From the NCBI GenBank assembly GCA_052426225.1, contig JBNJNM010000011.1, forward strand, positions 2,480,001 through 2,544,000: a stretch of 64,000 nt of DNA. The letters run 5' to 3'. Origin of the DNA: Zancudomyces culisetae HAW-14-8 (taxonomy: Eukaryota; Fungi; Kickxellomycota). Of this stretch, positions 61,416 through 64,000 are shown one piece after another; position 1 is the first letter of the stretch, and the number at the start of each line of letters is the position of its first letter. The notes under the pieces are model-generated. The model was not told where the DNA came from. It saw only the letters and a program-made list of their open reading frames with translations, and searched no databases. Made by a program: the position numbers and the translations under genes.

Positions 61416-63807
61416 TTTCCTGTTGATTTTCCTGTTCTTTTCGAGTTTTTCCTTCGTGCTCTTAAAATACTATTCTTGATCTCTTTCACTTTTTTCCTCC
61501 CCCAATTTTGCGTAAATTAAATAATTTTATATCAAACACTCAGAATATAATTTACAAAGTACAATGGTGTTACAAAATAAATAACAAAAAACGTTATTCA
61601 CACGTCCCCCATTTAAGGCCCCGTATACACAATCAGTTTAAATAGGTGTAGATATTGCCAAGTATCTTTGTATGCTGCAAGTCTTGATGCGCTATATTTG
61701 TATTATTATTCAAGTTTTATAGTAGTTCTCTCACTATATATCATTGCCACAAATGCCCTTGATACATAATATGTTACTTATTGCTACTTTGGAAAATTTG
61801 CTAAATTCAGCTGTTCATTGAAACAAGCTTAGTTAAATTAATAGAAACAGCTCGTATTCCAGACAAGACTTACTTTTTATCTCTCTTTTTTTTCAGCTCG
61901 CACTCGATACGATGGGGAGAGAATATCTACCGATGTTTGAAAATGTGTTGAACAGTAGAACGGGTGGGAATAATATACCCCTTATTCTATATACTTTAGG
62001 AGAAAATACACTTAATTTTATCAATATGATAATGATTGAGTGAATCCCAGCATGGATTATTTGCATGAATTTATTATTACATTACTTTCTCTCGTTCACT
62101 AGCAAAAAAAACAAAACGTGTACACAATAACCACTGAGCTTTATACTTTTTTATACCATTTTCTTTAATCTTCGCTGTTTACTAATTCCCATATATATTT
62201 TTGCTTATTTTTTTGTTTTCAAGGGTAACCATAATCTCAATATCATGTAAATTAGCTTAATTTCATGCTCCAACCTTTTTATTTCTTTTTTTCCCTATTT
62301 TTATCTTTTCCTCCAACCAAAATGAGTTTTTTAAATTCACTAAGTACTTGTTTATATGTTTGCCTGTATTACCTTATTAACTGCTCCGTTTTTTTTATTT
62401 CCTTTAATTATATTAAAATAAAAGTATTAGCGTTTATTCATACCTTGCGAATTAAATCAGTTTAAATTAAAGAGTCTGGAGTTATGGCTTGATTTTGGTA
62501 GGCCAAGCCAAGCCAGCACAATAGCAAAATAATGTATTGACTGGCTGATGAAGCACTTGCTTTATGAAATTAATCGCCTGCTTTTCATTTACAACCAAAC
62601 CCAGGCTTTTATTACTACCTTCTCTCCCTCTCCCTCCCTGTGTATCGTGGTAGCATCTGAGATGTCTAGAAACATACCCATGCTCATACTAATCCTTTTA
62701 CTCACGGCCGTTAAAACCATCGTTTTGTGAATATGTTGGAAACTTTCGCAGGTTGTTTTTTTTCCCCGTTACCATGATTCGATTTCTCGTTAATATGTTA
62801 TATCTTTCTTATATTGGTTTTTTTAATGAAAGGTTTGGATGTTTAAATTTGAAGATTATTATCCAACCTTCCTTATGCAAGTAATCATGCGTAAAAACGG
62901 ATGATGGATTTGGGGTATGTACACTTACCCTTAATTTTAGCAATCTCATGGTTCACTCTTACCGCAATGGCTCATAAAATTAAAACGGTGTTACTCTCTC
63001 ACTACACCAAGACGTTAACGAACAAACGCACAAAACTCGCTACGAGTACACCTATAAAAAATTTAATTACCACTATTCCGGACCAAAAAAAAAATCTTTT
63101 CTTGGGTATACTTGTGTTTTTACTTTAGAAATCTAGTCAGTCAAATGAGCATACACACTCTTTCCAAAAAATAAAACAGTTTTGCGATCCTCCTCCTCCT
63201 CCTCCTCCTCCTCCCTCCATCCATGACCAGCCAACACCAAATAAACCCTCATCTGAATATGTGTATAAAATTAGTACTAACACGATACAAAACACAGAAT
63301 ATGGGCACGGAACACGGGACACGGAGCATAAGGATGTAACCATATGCACCCCGATTCAGTTTACTTTTTGATTCTTGATGTTCAATTAGGCAGGCTATTA
63401 TTTATGCATCTTACTAATCGCATAAACAATACCACCAGCTCCCCCAATCCTTTTGCCAGCTGATTGATAGTTCGGTCATTTTGTCTTAGGATCGCACTTC
63501 AAAAGTCGTTTTTCAGTACCATGACATTCACTCTCCATTCCCTCCACTCCCCCCCCAGTTATCCGTTTTTTTTTGTTAATACTACTTTATAGCGGATTTT
63601 AACTGTTCACAGCAGATAATTTCACATTTTACGCCAAATATCTGCGTTCAAAATGGCGTTTTCAACCCAATACTCTTTTGCATCCCTTATTGGTCTTTAC
63701 TTTTGACTCTGAGTGCAAATTTTGGGTATAAAACCAAAACCAAAATCAAAACTAAAATCAAAATCAAAATCAAATATAATAATACAAGTACTGAGTTTTA
63801 TTACAAT

Positions 63808-64000
63808 ATGAACGTGATACTGCTATATCTTTTACTCGCTCTTCTTGTCAATGGTATTCACATAAAGAACTTTGACCAACATCACCCACTTGTAAAAAGA
63901 GATAGAGTAAATCGCCCGTACGCACAACGGGGCTACAACAAACGCAAGTTAAGACATCCAGATATTGTCGTAAAAAGGGAAGACCCAGATACAGCGACCC
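63808..64000 (+). CDS. N-terminus of a secreted protein with several dibasic sites (runs off the right edge of the window)
   Basis: MNVILLYLLLALLVNG signal peptide, then LVKR, NKRK and VVKR; the frame stays open to the window end. Confidence 0.7.
   Translation, partial: MNVILLYLLLALLVNGIHIKNFDQHHPLVKRDRVNRPYAQRGYNKRKLRHPDIVVKREDPDTAT

Overview
AT-rich, intron-containing eukaryotic DNA from a fungus. Gene content (Chs4/Skt5-type chitin synthase activator, Ssu1/Mae1-type TDT transporter, Hir3, Snc-type v-SNARE), short GT-AG introns and low GC suggest an early-diverging fungus, possibly a Harpellales/Kickxellomycotina insect-gut fungus; this assignment is inference only. About 23 protein-coding loci can be reconstructed by joining exons by eye. 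Housekeeping genes: myosin II (5' part), PUS7, a TDT transporter, HIR3, a mitochondrial carrier, GRS1, IWS1, RPS30, RAB5, a Nudix hydrolase, RRP46, ERG10, ESF1, a SMAP-domain protein, a PYM-like protein, calmodulin, synaptobrevin and CHS4/SKT5. The most unusual items are: (1) a ~1130-aa secreted, probably GPI-anchored coiled-coil protein with cysteines spaced at heptad multiples and a CX10C repeat block; (2) a ~600-nt hairpin-dense non-coding segment between IWS1 and RPS30, carrying a telomere-template-like AAACCCTAA (candidate structured ncRNA); (3) a 5-repeat Myb protein with an apparent mitochondrial presequence; (4) a MEI4/PRD2-like meiotic gene candidate; (5) a frameshifted prepro-secreted Cys-containing protein between diverged direct repeats and next to an RPS20 pseudogene; (6) a purine-to-pyrimidine switch in synonymous codons within gene bodies. 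No tRNA, rRNA, CRISPR array or intact transposon was recognised.
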